NCBI GenBank assembly: GCA_964637855.1
Contig: CAZWXM010000005.1
Location: forward strand, 1-37,738
Direction of reading: 5' to 3'
Source of the DNA: an uncultured Candidatus Saccharibacteria bacterium
Lineage (GTDB): Bacteria; Patescibacteriota; Minisyncoccia; Phycocordibacterales; UBA918
Length of the DNA stretch: 37,738 bases
In this document: positions 27,701-32,325 of the stretch, piece after piece
Numbering within the stretch: position 1 is the first letter of the stretch
Layout of the letters: each line of letters begins with the position of its first letter
Position numbers and translations under genes: made by a program
Notes under the pieces: model-generated
What the model saw: the letters and a program-made list of their open reading frames with translations, nothing else
Told to the model about the DNA's origin: nothing
Database searches by the model: none

Positions 27701-30700
27701 ATTCAGCGGCTAATATTACTATTTCGGGAACAGTTTATTCAGATGACGGTTCAACTACTATGGGTGCAGCAGTTTGTGACAGTTCCCGAAATGCTGTCAG
27801 AATCGTTGTGGCGGGACTAACTACCTATAATACTTCTTGTGCCACTGGTACCGGTATTTATTCAATCTCTGGTATTAGCTTCTCACCAGGGGATTCAGTT
27901 ATTGCTTACATTCTTCCAGCTTCAACCGAAGTCGGGGCCACTGTGACAGTTGACCCAGGTTCAAATATTAATAATTTTGATATTTACCAAAATCGGGTAA
28001 TTGTTCGACATGAGGGAGTAGATCCAATTTCGATTGCTGATCTGGCAGTCTGGGATTCTTCTGACGATGCAAATATTCCATTCACAGCGGTTAATGCTGG
28101 AACTGATACTTTAACTTTGCCGGCTAATCGCAAGTTGATTGTTTGGACAGGTAAAGAATTTGAACCGACTGGCAACGTCACAATTTCTGGTGGTGGAGTG
28201 GGGGCGGCCTATGACGGTACTCTCGAGTTATTTACTAATGCTATTTGGACCGGTCAAGGAACTGAATCGCTAGCGGTTGGAGGAAGTATGTTGTTGGGTT
28301 CAGGCGCGACCTTTACTTCTAGCAATGGAACTACAACTTTCACTACTACCGGAGCGTCTCGAACTATTGATGTTAATGAAAGTGCGTTTGGAAATATTAG
28401 TTTCACTGGTAGTGGTAGTTGGTCTATTACAGACCCAACGGCAACTTTCAACGGCAACTTCAGTATGACTAACGGTTCATTAACTATGCCAACCGGAACT
28501 AGTACCTTTAATGGTTCATTGGTTAAGACAGGTGGAAGTTTTGCTATCAATGGCAGTCAGTCAGTCTTTACTGGAGCTAGTTCTAAAGTTATTACTCTAG
28601 GTAGCTCTGATTTAGCCGCTGTTAAATTCTCAGGTGGAAACTATAGCTTCACCGAAGTTAATGCTACTACCACCGGAGATTTTATTATCAATAGCGGAAC
28701 TATCACTCTACCAAGCGGTAATTTAGTGGTGGGCGGCAACTTTAGAAATATTTCAGGGGCTATCACGCACAATACTTCTGAAATCATATTAACTAATCCA
28801 ACCGCTGCAACTGTTCTGGCTTCTAGTTCAGATTTATACGGAGTAACTTTTACAGGCGGTGGTAACTATAGTTTTGAAGACACAAACTTATCATTATTAG
28901 ATAGACTACTAATCCAAAGTGGCAATGTCACTTTGGCCTCAGGAACACTTTCAATTGGTGGTAGTTTTGATGCGAGCGGTGGTACCTTTGCCAACGCTTC
29001 TGGAACACTACTATTTAATTCAGGAGATTCAGGTGAATATATCGATGCCGGAATCAATAATTTCTACAATGTAGTAATTAGTTCACCAGCTGGTGGTTAT
29101 ACTTTAATGACTAATGCTACAACTACTAACAATTTCTCACTCTCAAGTGCTAGCTCATTTACTGCACAATCTGGAGTAACTCTAGCGGTTAATGGCGTCT
29201 TCCAAAACTTAGTCGGTGGTTCTAACACTACTTGGACAGGCAGCACGCTTTATTTGAATGGAAATAATTCTTACGAAGTAAATACTAAAGTTTCTGGTGG
29301 TGACCAATATAATAATCTAACAGTTGGTCCAAATAGCGATATTAGTTTCTGGAATTCAGCAGCAACTACTACTAGTACTGATTTGACCTCGTCAGTTTAT
29401 TCTCAGGATAATGCTGGAGTCAATGGAGCTTTGTTTATCTATGGTGATTACCATATTTCTACCACCACTGAATATTGGAGTTATGCCACCGACTTTGACG
29501 GTACTAGTTTGTCAGGTAGTGAACGAGCAGTGACAGTCCAAATAGCCGCTAATGCCACAACAACTGTTGATGGTGGAAGTCTACAAATAATTGGTACCTC
29601 AGGAAATAGAACGACTTTAACTAATCAAGGTTCTGGAACTTATGCTCTAAACGTATCTGCTGGAACTATCAATGCTCTTTATTACACAATCAGAAACATG
29701 AATAGTAACGGTTTGAATTTAACTGGTTCGCCGACTGTCGCATCATTATCTTATGGTAACTATGAATTAGCTGTGGCTTCAGGCTCATTAATTTCACTTG
29801 CTTCCAGTGCTCTAAATGCTAATGCTTCTTTGGTTATTACTGGAAATAACTTCTCAACCACAACGGCTATTTCTGGCTACAACGTAAATCTCACTGGTTC
29901 AACCAGTAATGCCTGGACTTTCACAGCGCACTCTGGAAATCTTGATGGTGAGGATTTCGATATCGATGGTGGTGATGCTTGTGGTTCAATTCGTTGGTCT
30001 GATAGTGCTTGTCTCCTGACACAGCAAACACAATATCGTTGGCGAAATGACGATGGTGGATTAGGGGTTCCAGATTCAGAATGGTACGACACTAATTGGT
30101 TAGCTAGAAAGAGAGTTAAAGTAGATAATCAAGATTCTACTACTTACACAGACGCTGCAGTGAAACTATTGGTCACATATGATTCAGATATGCAAGCTGA
30201 CTTCGATGATTTGCACTTCACTGATTCTGATGGAGTAACCAGTATTCCACATTGGTTTGGATCAACCACCGATAGCGCTATTGCTGAAGTTTGGGTAAAA
30301 GTACCGTCTCTTCCAGCTGATGATACTGCTACATTATTCATGTATTACAGTAATCCAACTGCCACCAGCTCTGCTTCAAGTACCGCTACCTTCATTGTCG
30401 CTGATGACTTTGAGGATGGAAATATTACAGAGTATAGTGGTCAAACTACTTTATTTACTGCTGGTACAAGTTTCAATTATAATCTTTCATATGGATTAGA
30501 TAATGCTGGTAACGAAACCGGTAGAGCTAATACTGGAGGTATCTACCGTCTTGACCAAACTGTTAGTCAAGGAGAAACCTTTAGGTATTTGCAATACATA
30601 GATACAGCTGGAACTTCTGATGAAACTTGTACTAAATTTGGTATACAGGGTTCAAATGTTCCAAATGATAACTACGCTATTTGTGTTGAGTTACCAGGTA

Positions 30701-32316
30701 CGGATCATATTTCTTTAGTACGAAATGCTATCGATAACGAAGTATCAGCTAGTTTAACCTTAGCTTCTTCAACTATTTCTCTAACAACCGGCTGGTACGA
30801 ATTTGAAGTTGATTGGGGAACTGACGATAGTTTATTTGTTTCAGTTTTTAATTCCGCCGGCTCATTAGCCGCCTCTATGTCAGCTTCAGATTCAAATTAT
30901 ACTACTGGAGGTTTTGGATTTACCTATTGGTTTAATCAGGGTGGATGGGATGCGGTTTCGTCACGACCAACTCTGACTACTGAACCAACTATAATATTTG
31001 GGGCTGAGCAAGTTGATGGAGGAGCTACCTGGAAAGGAGTTCAAAATACACCTGTCAGCTATGGTATAGACGATATTGCTAGATTAAGAGTGGTGGTTGA
31101 AAATAGTGGTCTAAACATTATTAATCAACAATTTCTATTAGAGTATGCACCAATCGGAGCGGCTCCAAGTTGTGAAGCGGTTAGTCCAGCGAGTTTTGTG
31201 ACTGTGCCAATTCAAGCTTCTTGTGGTACATCACCAATTTGTATGCAAAGTACTACTTACTTTACAAATAATGATGCCACCGTAGATTTATTGTTTGATA
31301 CCGCTGGGACTTTTGTAGCTGGTGAAGCGATTGAAAATCCGTCTGATAAAACAAACAATTTAAATATTAACCAGGATTATTACACTGAAATTGAATATGC
31401 GATAACCCCTACTGCAAATACAGTTGATGAAAGCCTATGTTTCCGAGTGACCAATGATGGTACAGACTTAGATACATACCTAAAGGTCGCACAGATGGAT
31501 TTGCGCTTTGATCCAGTTGTGACTGGAATTAGTTTGAATGACGGATTAGATATTTCACTAATACCTGGCACAACTACTGCAATTTATGCCACTGGTACAG
31601 TGACTGACTTGAACGGTTTTGCTGATATTGTCTTGGCTTCATCAACTATCTATCGTAGTGGGGTGTCGGGAGGAGCGGCTTGTGCCCCAAATAACAATGA
31701 TTGTTATATTTCAACTTCACCAAGTAAGTGTGAATTTACCAATTGTTCAGGTAATAGTTGTACGGTTGAATGTCGAGCTGATATTTACTTCCACGCTGAT
31801 CCAACTGATTTAAATAGTCTGTACGAAGGAGATCATTGGGCCGCTTTCATTGAGGTGGAAGATGCTTCAGCTGGGTATGGTTTTTCTTCAACCCCACTTC
31901 CTGGAGTGGAGATAAATACCTTACGCGCTATTGATGTTCAAGGAGCAATTGATTACGGTGCGCTAGCAGTTAATACGGACACTGGTTCATTCAACGCTTC
32001 AACTACAGTTCTTAACCAAGGAAACGTCAATATTAATATTGAAATTCTCGGTACAGATTTAACTGACGGTGCGAGTTCAACTATTCCAGCGGAACAACAA
32101 AAATTTGCTACCAGTACTTTCACATATTCCGGCTGTACTACCTGTGATGTGTTATCTAGTTCAACCCCAGTTCTAATCGACGTAGATTTAGCAAAACCAA
32201 CCATTGATACTCCACCAGTTACGGATGATGTTTATTGGGGAATTAGAATTCCAATCTCTGGAATTAATAGTGTGGCTCATCAGGGAATCAACGTCTTCAC
32301 GCCAGTAAGTCCATAA
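12793..32316 (+). CDS. giant mosaic cell-surface protein (about 6507 aa) with an N-terminal TM anchor
   Basis: Uninterrupted ORF. I prefer ATG 12793 (MVNKKILSQHRGN...) because the track start TTG 12727 lies inside the 12710-12742 hairpin. TM segment FVTATLLILISYYGI. Order of modules: acidic E/T/P/S linkers; three His-rich tail-collar-like repeats; three ...YYWRVRA.D..G..WS...SFT modules; two propeller-like modules of about 425 aa; three beta-helix-like super-repeats; two DUF2341 plus LamG/ConA-like units; a Cys-containing C-terminal region. No LPXTG motif. Confidence 0.85.
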   Translation: MVNKKILSQHRGNLIKTIFTAPKTLTRAFVSVSFFKKFVTATLLILISYYGISPASTIAGNNKKFAPQRETIAVFPSQISSSDWKNVSALGNQDLYEYSLLQDFNESNSAYLDFSESEIQNQTTESENAGEVIDPALDSTNATSDSSSATEEVLTDIPSNVTTEETVPEVESEVQLETGTNEEPKVIPEPESTVVPESPISYLKPATGLFLLAQAEIIEAINLPLEEVVPTSESEPTIEPQSEIIPETQVETIETIETIETDETDESESEILVDTNSSRHTITLEGFDIPKLESGHFVDNLQLRLSLAGEYESDLLTAASVSVDYSFGEFAKSAGTILLEEEVSNAINGGYYLITLPSITDSALLNDLKINITFEGDIEKLNSLFIDSAWLELGTVVYNKQLLEERTSMDKLVHLKGLEEMSFLSDELDFTREENPFFNLRYNSQRNFLVRGLRGLFGNQFAKVDYVTFVHNQYGPIEVAPDISITSDGLVNIVLSDSDKVDLKPGIYKVEISIDEGGYISTDSFEFQWGLLSINTNQTEYTNGDVVKVSMGALSSNGNTVCDANLNLFVTSPSGYISNIPVIESGQCDGNNVIDVPDYSTEFTIEEFGEYELYLERTDEFGEIIAHTYQIFTVVPNQEIVIERNGPTRIFPPSPYAMTLTVHAFSKSFSGEVIERVPNNFLIKNTDAEIRPGNDFTELVWNIDVLNGGSKTVSYEFDAPDISPFLFELGPAKLVAEVAPLNQTEIVPVEVVNEVTPEASSTEPTLVPVEQIILEASSTEPILPLVETELITPVSSQVVVFEESRKWQIASDATGSMLLMWDGASIPTGWTCVSCTGGDVFYQRYIVGSSTAGINGGAATHTHTVPAATVNTTLAAGVSNAAGGGTDAATLLHTHTLATPSIGTANNLPLYRNLVIIQHNSAGEPLSIPTGAIAIFDATVPTGWTQYSAQDGYYVRGESTANIGVTGGSNTHTHAVTGTLSGPTGTTNASNGPTAVATQAHTHTISTTTASDSSEPPYIEAILGKLNATTTLPNDVITMWTDTAPTDWNAVSTTSEPFENRFLKPAATYGTTGGASSHTPANVNGIVSSGPNATNNRQTAGTSDAPGGHTHTVNVTGFSSTTHLPSYRSVIFAKRAGGSPPAAPTIYTLFDNEKTGTSSPKLEFSAEDTVGTDSMIYQVQWDDDYDIATSPSGDRTSDIETGCSPNCFENLTTPADTNPFNETERVRFTIQDTLTDGVTYYWRVRAIKETGSTWGTWSDIRSFTYVADTDPSQWMQTTDDQFDQGVFSNTETYGSSSVRIIQDIPTEALVAYGEGVITTPRYRIWSGTAWSAEADALDIGGVPQWVRVVPGTTRDEYILGVHDANNDINMQVFDGVSDTWGDLQEVTATANDTTRRAFDVTYETNSGDAIVVYCSGTDAAYRTWNGATWSAATTITTASTNNCHYISMASDPTSDEIVMVARDTSAGATDYEAFVWSGSAWGNAVTLGSITTTNNEGMSIQYEESGGQAMVVTANGAGNNFLWMTWNGTEWSTPTTQAVGNDFQWGILKADVGSDKLALCYIDLDTDIGVVRWDGEAWSAFQEFETAGYTSAGRNTSCEFETTSGRDGNIMIPYSDTTNSRYTFWNGTVLSAEASISTITEAWEIGTTRTGDGKILSYFHDSVNTNYDFSYWDGTAWSAVQTLETSASVTANPRRQPVGITAKIFQPSEGTLTSDPVDFDLVSNRTEWGEALWSTTEPIGSEVKIQVLYATSTNNYCDTLIPNGDLAGNSAGFGATSTPLDLSGLSTTTYNNLCLRATISTTNSSIPTLDDWTISWERQPYLVQSAYRWYVNANSEDPSDVWPQGATDLALNESIPIDYSPGSGDVLRLRMAVRSDNATLSASTQAFKLQYAETSGSCTSTTAWIDVGSQSSSTAKWRGYGNLFAFDGSDISTLLLGSDVGGSYEEENDSAVNPNAINVGNEGEWDWVLQHNSATDGVQYCFRMVLDDGTPLDDYEQSPALLTNASPVAPTLEKLFDNEQVASTTPWFEFVTTDTENDGVSYQVQVDNNYDFSSVALDRNSISNVSEFENIVNLADKDPFTSGQNIQFKPSSALSNNTTYYWRVRAKDVDGSNDWGDWSAVSSFTVNTGTTVTTWYQTEQEQFATNDFNNTEATASDDVILTTGFTVGTTTGTSIDYDAKTNGNAWGELSWTDNETLGTVTYRIEYLNAESWELVPDSYLPGNSSGFNASPVSLLGLDPQVHNLIRVRANLVNTTGTPRLLDWKVEWGFAVEQPTLVDLFDNEKTSTTTPTFTFNTTDPDSDSVQYEISWSTDNTFVSGSTTPLSGVSSGFANVTNGGDTSPFNSGDTISYTIQSGDALTNNQTYWWRVRARDPLGGNAWSVWSEARSFTVDTTVTVSTWFQTTDEQFDTSDLTNTETTGSDSVEITSIIREAFTAYAEGTVQTPRYRLWNGSTWSTEASGVSVGGTIRFVESAASSFRDEYMIATQDSTGRVRAQVYDGVNQTTGDLTTVVTAVPSTLRQGFDVAYESDSGDALVVACEGTEATYKVWDGSSWSASTAITLAVTANCNWIRLASDPVSDEIILVVRDATTGATDYEAQVWNGSAWGNSMTMGSMSEVGDEGIAVEYEESGDRAVVVVSNGLAASFAWNSWNGSAWSGAATQAYQDDFENGRLVRDLGSDNMVLCGIDQDTQMHISRWTGSSNTWNAYTTVELTGNAKTGRPMDCVFETTTGRDGYIMIPYSDTTNGRSQFWDGSVLSGEASISTIQDSFEVRSTRTGDGTILSAFYDDINTQYDYSYWNGTAWSTHETLESTAITTTNPPTIPLDIVAREYPTFTEGTVVSDPIVFSEGSGLKWQQAGFTDTTPGASTILYQVEYYNGSTWALIPDAALAGNAAGFNATSIDLSAVSRVIYNTIRLKANLACVGGDCPTLSDWKLEWSAGINVAGTLKQYDQVASTTSGTIAVAINGVLQSGKTATVSNGAWSIPNVTAFEGDIVTVFVSGAADSAEAVSVTRYDGDGDIAGFTMFERHLALGSNDATSTPLTNADVGMFDYTNTEDIFFNVNGTTLSVCSDTGCGESELYIKSGVYYTPAGLIVTNDFENNGIFTAGTYTHEVNGSWDNNATTTMTGSTILFAATSTTETIDNTGAVAGGFNNVTFGTTTGNGTWNLSSTLDVNGALTVTRGTLARGSTEITVAGNVLTEANGFWTGTGTTTFDGSTAATWRNQNATIQNIGRVVVDGTSKAVTLASNVAAESITIGANDTLDASVSNYDITVYDSWINQNNFVARSGEVLFAAGSSGKTITTAGDAFYDLSFTGVGGGYSFTEATLLVNNNVSIATGTVTMPTGTTTIAGSFNATGGTFAHNNGVLAFTAGTAKTITFAGGAFTNTAYNLFFNGAGSWTITDTNATSSNDVTVRLGTLNFPSGTMAIGGSLADTGGTYAGGTGKVLFYSSVAEVLTAGGSSFNDVEFSGTGSWSFSDTTAAASGDLIVTQGTLTLPTGTFTLGGSYTNNATVVPGTGTVLFNSSDSGETINFGSSSLYDVNFNSATGGWTITAPATTTHNLSLTSLSSWTLNSGQTLSVGGTFTNSVGGASTTWTGSTLNLSSGTTYSINNKSNLGDVYNILEVGTSTDIKMWNSSSTAYVINASGSLYSQDHNAVDGDLYIFGAYERTSGTEYWSYATDFDGTALGGSPRQVDVRFASGASATFVSSSLQLVGTVGNITAINGQSSSDYYGIVLSNSTINAEHYIFSQLNSSGLVLNNGTIIDSLENGEFNLSAIGGTSITLSTTTIDANPALQIYNVAFNTTLGTNPGGNGEDTFEFFDDFADGSINTGKWTKDIELGAISETSGYLRAGGGITSGNYGHTSLGSEVGYSGFLDNAVIWRARNATDGIGEMVFRGDYGTNRGYKGRFDARTGTNGQGILEVPYSGWTFSNGTGTCTSDSDEPVANTWYTYQITASSSNYKFYRDSVLKRDCTDTTTLVSGEIALQNHYGSYTDFDWVAVRKFVNPEPTHSTWGSEEEPTSGVYRKSHIIAGTTAGTQTDYVLPVTVNFGAGTDSAQTMYCGGNCNGDFSDVQFTDASGIPLDFWREESYVASTSATFWVKLSSIPASPGTTSMYLYYGNATGFNVTVPGVAEAVSYVWFRNHSGNLDGEANDNDTGDPGSVRWDDSSLTITISGRVYSDAGVTPLIGGTCNGSAPVVKVVVNGGSSYTGSCSNIDGTFSISGVVITGDPTLTIYLDGASGGEKATVITRTPTANITNLDIYANRVIVRNEDVAATTIENLAVYDSADDADLQFTAATSTNPDTLTVMANSELFVFASSTFAPGGEVTLQANATANSYDGTLYLDDNATFTGSGTSTYSIGGRLVLDSNAVFSAASSTVLMTATTTGKSITASAPITFNDLVFNGIGGGWNLGANIVINGDMTITNGTVTGTGNISLETGSLTGDGILSLGAGTTTIKTSNTLGGNSAWTFYNLTLGNASQVGTTTPVFTATTTVAGKLTIQTAHYLAAGSTKWDLSGTGTVFVETGTFVEGASTVRYSGAGANVLSTQYYNLDINSGAGSQTYTATGLGIIVDNDLTIGGAAGSILNLNTNDPLFDVNGDLTIHSNGTLSASNSGTLTIAGNYDNNGVFTGNGGTITFNGSVTSDIAAGSSSFSSVLINSTGDITISEPATTTATFNLLNANSFTLNSGQTLAVSGNFYNNLGGAATVWTGSTLNLSGGNNYSINTSTTSDSYATIDIDGTTQIRMWNSDASAYNVESTASLYSQDQAGVSGDLYIWGDYRKTAGTDYWSYDTDFDGTSLSGSERKVDVYFNSGSSATISGGAIYMIGTSSASTTVQNQGAGTYGLLVGGNALASFSNYEIRDINSSGLVFSGTPTIVNISRGDLEVSQTGGSAITVGGTVITQNPAKTFTDNRFALNGAASGFNVTATGTTLSSWRFTNYTGDISGEGFDVDPDGDPGYIVWDDSAANITISGTVYSDDGSTTMGAAVCDSSRNAVRIVVAGLTTYNTSCATGTGIYSISGISFSPGDSVIAYILPASTEVGATVTVDPGSNINNFDIYQNRVIVRHEGVDPISIADLAVWDSSDDANIPFTAVNAGTDTLTLPANRKLIVWTGKEFEPTGNVTISGGGVGAAYDGTLELFTNAIWTGQGTESLAVGGSMLLGSGATFTSSNGTTTFTTTGASRTIDVNESAFGNISFTGSGSWSITDPTATFNGNFSMTNGSLTMPTGTSTFNGSLVKTGGSFAINGSQSVFTGASSKVITLGSSDLAAVKFSGGNYSFTEVNATTTGDFIINSGTITLPSGNLVVGGNFRNISGAITHNTSEIILTNPTAATVLASSSDLYGVTFTGGGNYSFEDTNLSLLDRLLIQSGNVTLASGTLSIGGSFDASGGTFANASGTLLFNSGDSGEYIDAGINNFYNVVISSPAGGYTLMTNATTTNNFSLSSASSFTAQSGVTLAVNGVFQNLVGGSNTTWTGSTLYLNGNNSYEVNTKVSGGDQYNNLTVGPNSDISFWNSAATTTSTDLTSSVYSQDNAGVNGALFIYGDYHISTTTEYWSYATDFDGTSLSGSERAVTVQIAANATTTVDGGSLQIIGTSGNRTTLTNQGSGTYALNVSAGTINALYYTIRNMNSNGLNLTGSPTVASLSYGNYELAVASGSLISLASSALNANASLVITGNNFSTTTAISGYNVNLTGSTSNAWTFTAHSGNLDGEDFDIDGGDACGSIRWSDSACLLTQQTQYRWRNDDGGLGVPDSEWYDTNWLARKRVKVDNQDSTTYTDAAVKLLVTYDSDMQADFDDLHFTDSDGVTSIPHWFGSTTDSAIAEVWVKVPSLPADDTATLFMYYSNPTATSSASSTATFIVADDFEDGNITEYSGQTTLFTAGTSFNYNLSYGLDNAGNETGRANTGGIYRLDQTVSQGETFRYLQYIDTAGTSDETCTKFGIQGSNVPNDNYAICVELPGTDHISLVRNAIDNEVSASLTLASSTISLTTGWYEFEVDWGTDDSLFVSVFNSAGSLAASMSASDSNYTTGGFGFTYWFNQGGWDAVSSRPTLTTEPTIIFGAEQVDGGATWKGVQNTPVSYGIDDIARLRVVVENSGLNIINQQFLLEYAPIGAAPSCEAVSPASFVTVPIQASCGTSPICMQSTTYFTNNDATVDLLFDTAGTFVAGEAIENPSDKTNNLNINQDYYTEIEYAITPTANTVDESLCFRVTNDGTDLDTYLKVAQMDLRFDPVVTGISLNDGLDISLIPGTTTAIYATGTVTDLNGFADIVLASSTIYRSGVSGGAACAPNNNDCYISTSPSKCEFTNCSGNSCTVECRADIYFHADPTDLNSLYEGDHWAAFIEVEDASAGYGFSSTPLPGVEINTLRAIDVQGAIDYGALAVNTDTGSFNASTTVLNQGNVNINIEILGTDLTDGASSTIPAEQQKFATSTFTYSGCTTCDVLSSSTPVLIDVDLAKPTIDTPPVTDDVYWGIRIPISGINSVAHQGINVFTPVSP
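13543..13578 (+). repeat. in-frame 9-bp tandem repeat (GAAACTATT x3 plus a diverged unit), encoding ETIETIETIETD
   Basis: Three perfect units at 13543-13569, then GAAACTGAT. It lies in the acidic linker of the giant protein. Confidence 0.8.
15241..16197 (+). repeat. three tandem ~100-aa His-rich modules, reminiscent of the phage tail-collar domain (coding)
   Basis: Each unit has ...W/F.....P(T)GW/DW... then GG(A/S)(x)THTH... then HTHT... then (L)P(x)Y(R)..(I/V)I. Approximate units are 15241-15552, 15571-15872 and 15890-16197. Confidence 0.6.
16600..17870 (+). repeat. propeller-like module 1 (repeated W-x-G-x-x-W-S blades; coding)
   Basis: YRIWSGTAWS, YRTWNGATWS, FVWSGSAWG, MTWNGTEWS, VRWDGEAWS, TFWNGTVLS and SYWDGTAWS recur at roughly 55-65 aa spacing. 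Collinear paralogue of 19981-21255. Confidence 0.6.
19981..21255 (+). repeat. propeller-like module 2 (paralogue of 16600-17870; coding)
   Basis: YRLWNGSTWS, YKVWDGSSWS, QVWNGSAWG, NSWNGSAWS, SRWTGSSNTWN, QFWDGSVLS and SYWNGTAWS. Long collinear stretches match module 1 (for example GRDG.IMIPYSDTTN.R..FW.G.VLS.EASISTI). Confidence 0.6.
21613..25305 (+). repeat. beta-helix-like super-repeat 1 (coding), carrying a nested LamG+DUF2341 insertion
   Basis: Starts with an Ig/CarboxypepD_reg-like segment, then many short T/G/S/N-rich turns. The conserved block TWTGSTLNLSSG...YSQD...GDLYIFG...YWSYATDFDG follows. The closing motif (NVAFNTT / GFNVT...FRNHSGNLDGE...GDPGSVRWDDS) is split by 24241-25170. 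Confidence 0.6.
24241..25170 (+). other. LamG/ConA-like lectin-glucanase fold plus DUF2341, inserted inside super-repeat 1 (coding)
   Basis: DTFEFFDDFADGSINTGKWTKD...WYTYQITASSSNYKFYRDS...DFDWVAVRKF is LamG/DUF1080-like. YRKSHIIAGTTAGTQTDYVLPVTVNF...FSDVQFTDASGIPLDFWREE...ATFWVKLSSIPASPGTTSMYLYYGNA matches the DUF2341 pattern. Confidence 0.6.
25306..27705 (+). repeat. beta-helix-like super-repeat 2 (coding)
   Basis: ITISGRVYSD... start. Conserved block VWTGSTLNLSGG...YSQDQAGVSGDLYIWG...YWSYDTDFDGTSLSGSERKVDV. Closing motif SGFNVTATG...WRFTNYTGDISGEGFDVDPDGDPGYIVWDDS. Confidence 0.6.
27706..30006 (+). repeat. beta-helix-like super-repeat 3 (coding)
   Basis: ITISGTVYSD... start. Conserved block TWTGSTLYLNGN...YSQDNAGVNGALFIYG...YWSYATDFDGTSLSGSERAVTV. 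Closing motif SGYNVNLTG...WTFTAHSGNLDGEDFDIDGGDACGSIRWSDS. Confidence 0.6.
30034..30960 (+). other. second DUF2341 plus LamG/ConA-like unit (coding; order reversed relative to 24241-25170)
   Basis: YRWRNDDGG...WLARKRVKVDNQDSTTYTDAAVKLLVTYDSDMQADFDDLHFTDSDGVTSIPHWF...AEVWVKVPSLPADDTATLFMYYSN is DUF2341-like. It is followed by FIVADDFEDGNITEY...GWYEFEVDWG, which is LamG-like. Confidence 0.55.
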
Positions 32317-32325
32317 GATAATGCT

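Noticed and set aside
21613-30006. Repetitive DNA as a possible CRISPR array or mobile-element remnant
   Set aside because: The repeats are about 2.3-2.8 kb long, diverged, in frame and protein-coding (paralogous super-repeats). There is no short direct-repeat/spacer periodicity and no cas or transposase gene in the window.
14778-32204. About 35 short ORFs (61-118 aa) in alternative frames or strands inside the giant gene
   Set aside because: All are nested within a continuous 19.5-kb ORF with coherent domain structure. None has start signals or recognisable motifs.
12793-32316. Diversity-generating retroelement targeting the giant protein
   Set aside because: No reverse transcriptase gene and no template/variable repeat pair with adenine-specific mismatches could be identified in the window. 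This cannot be excluded genome-wide.
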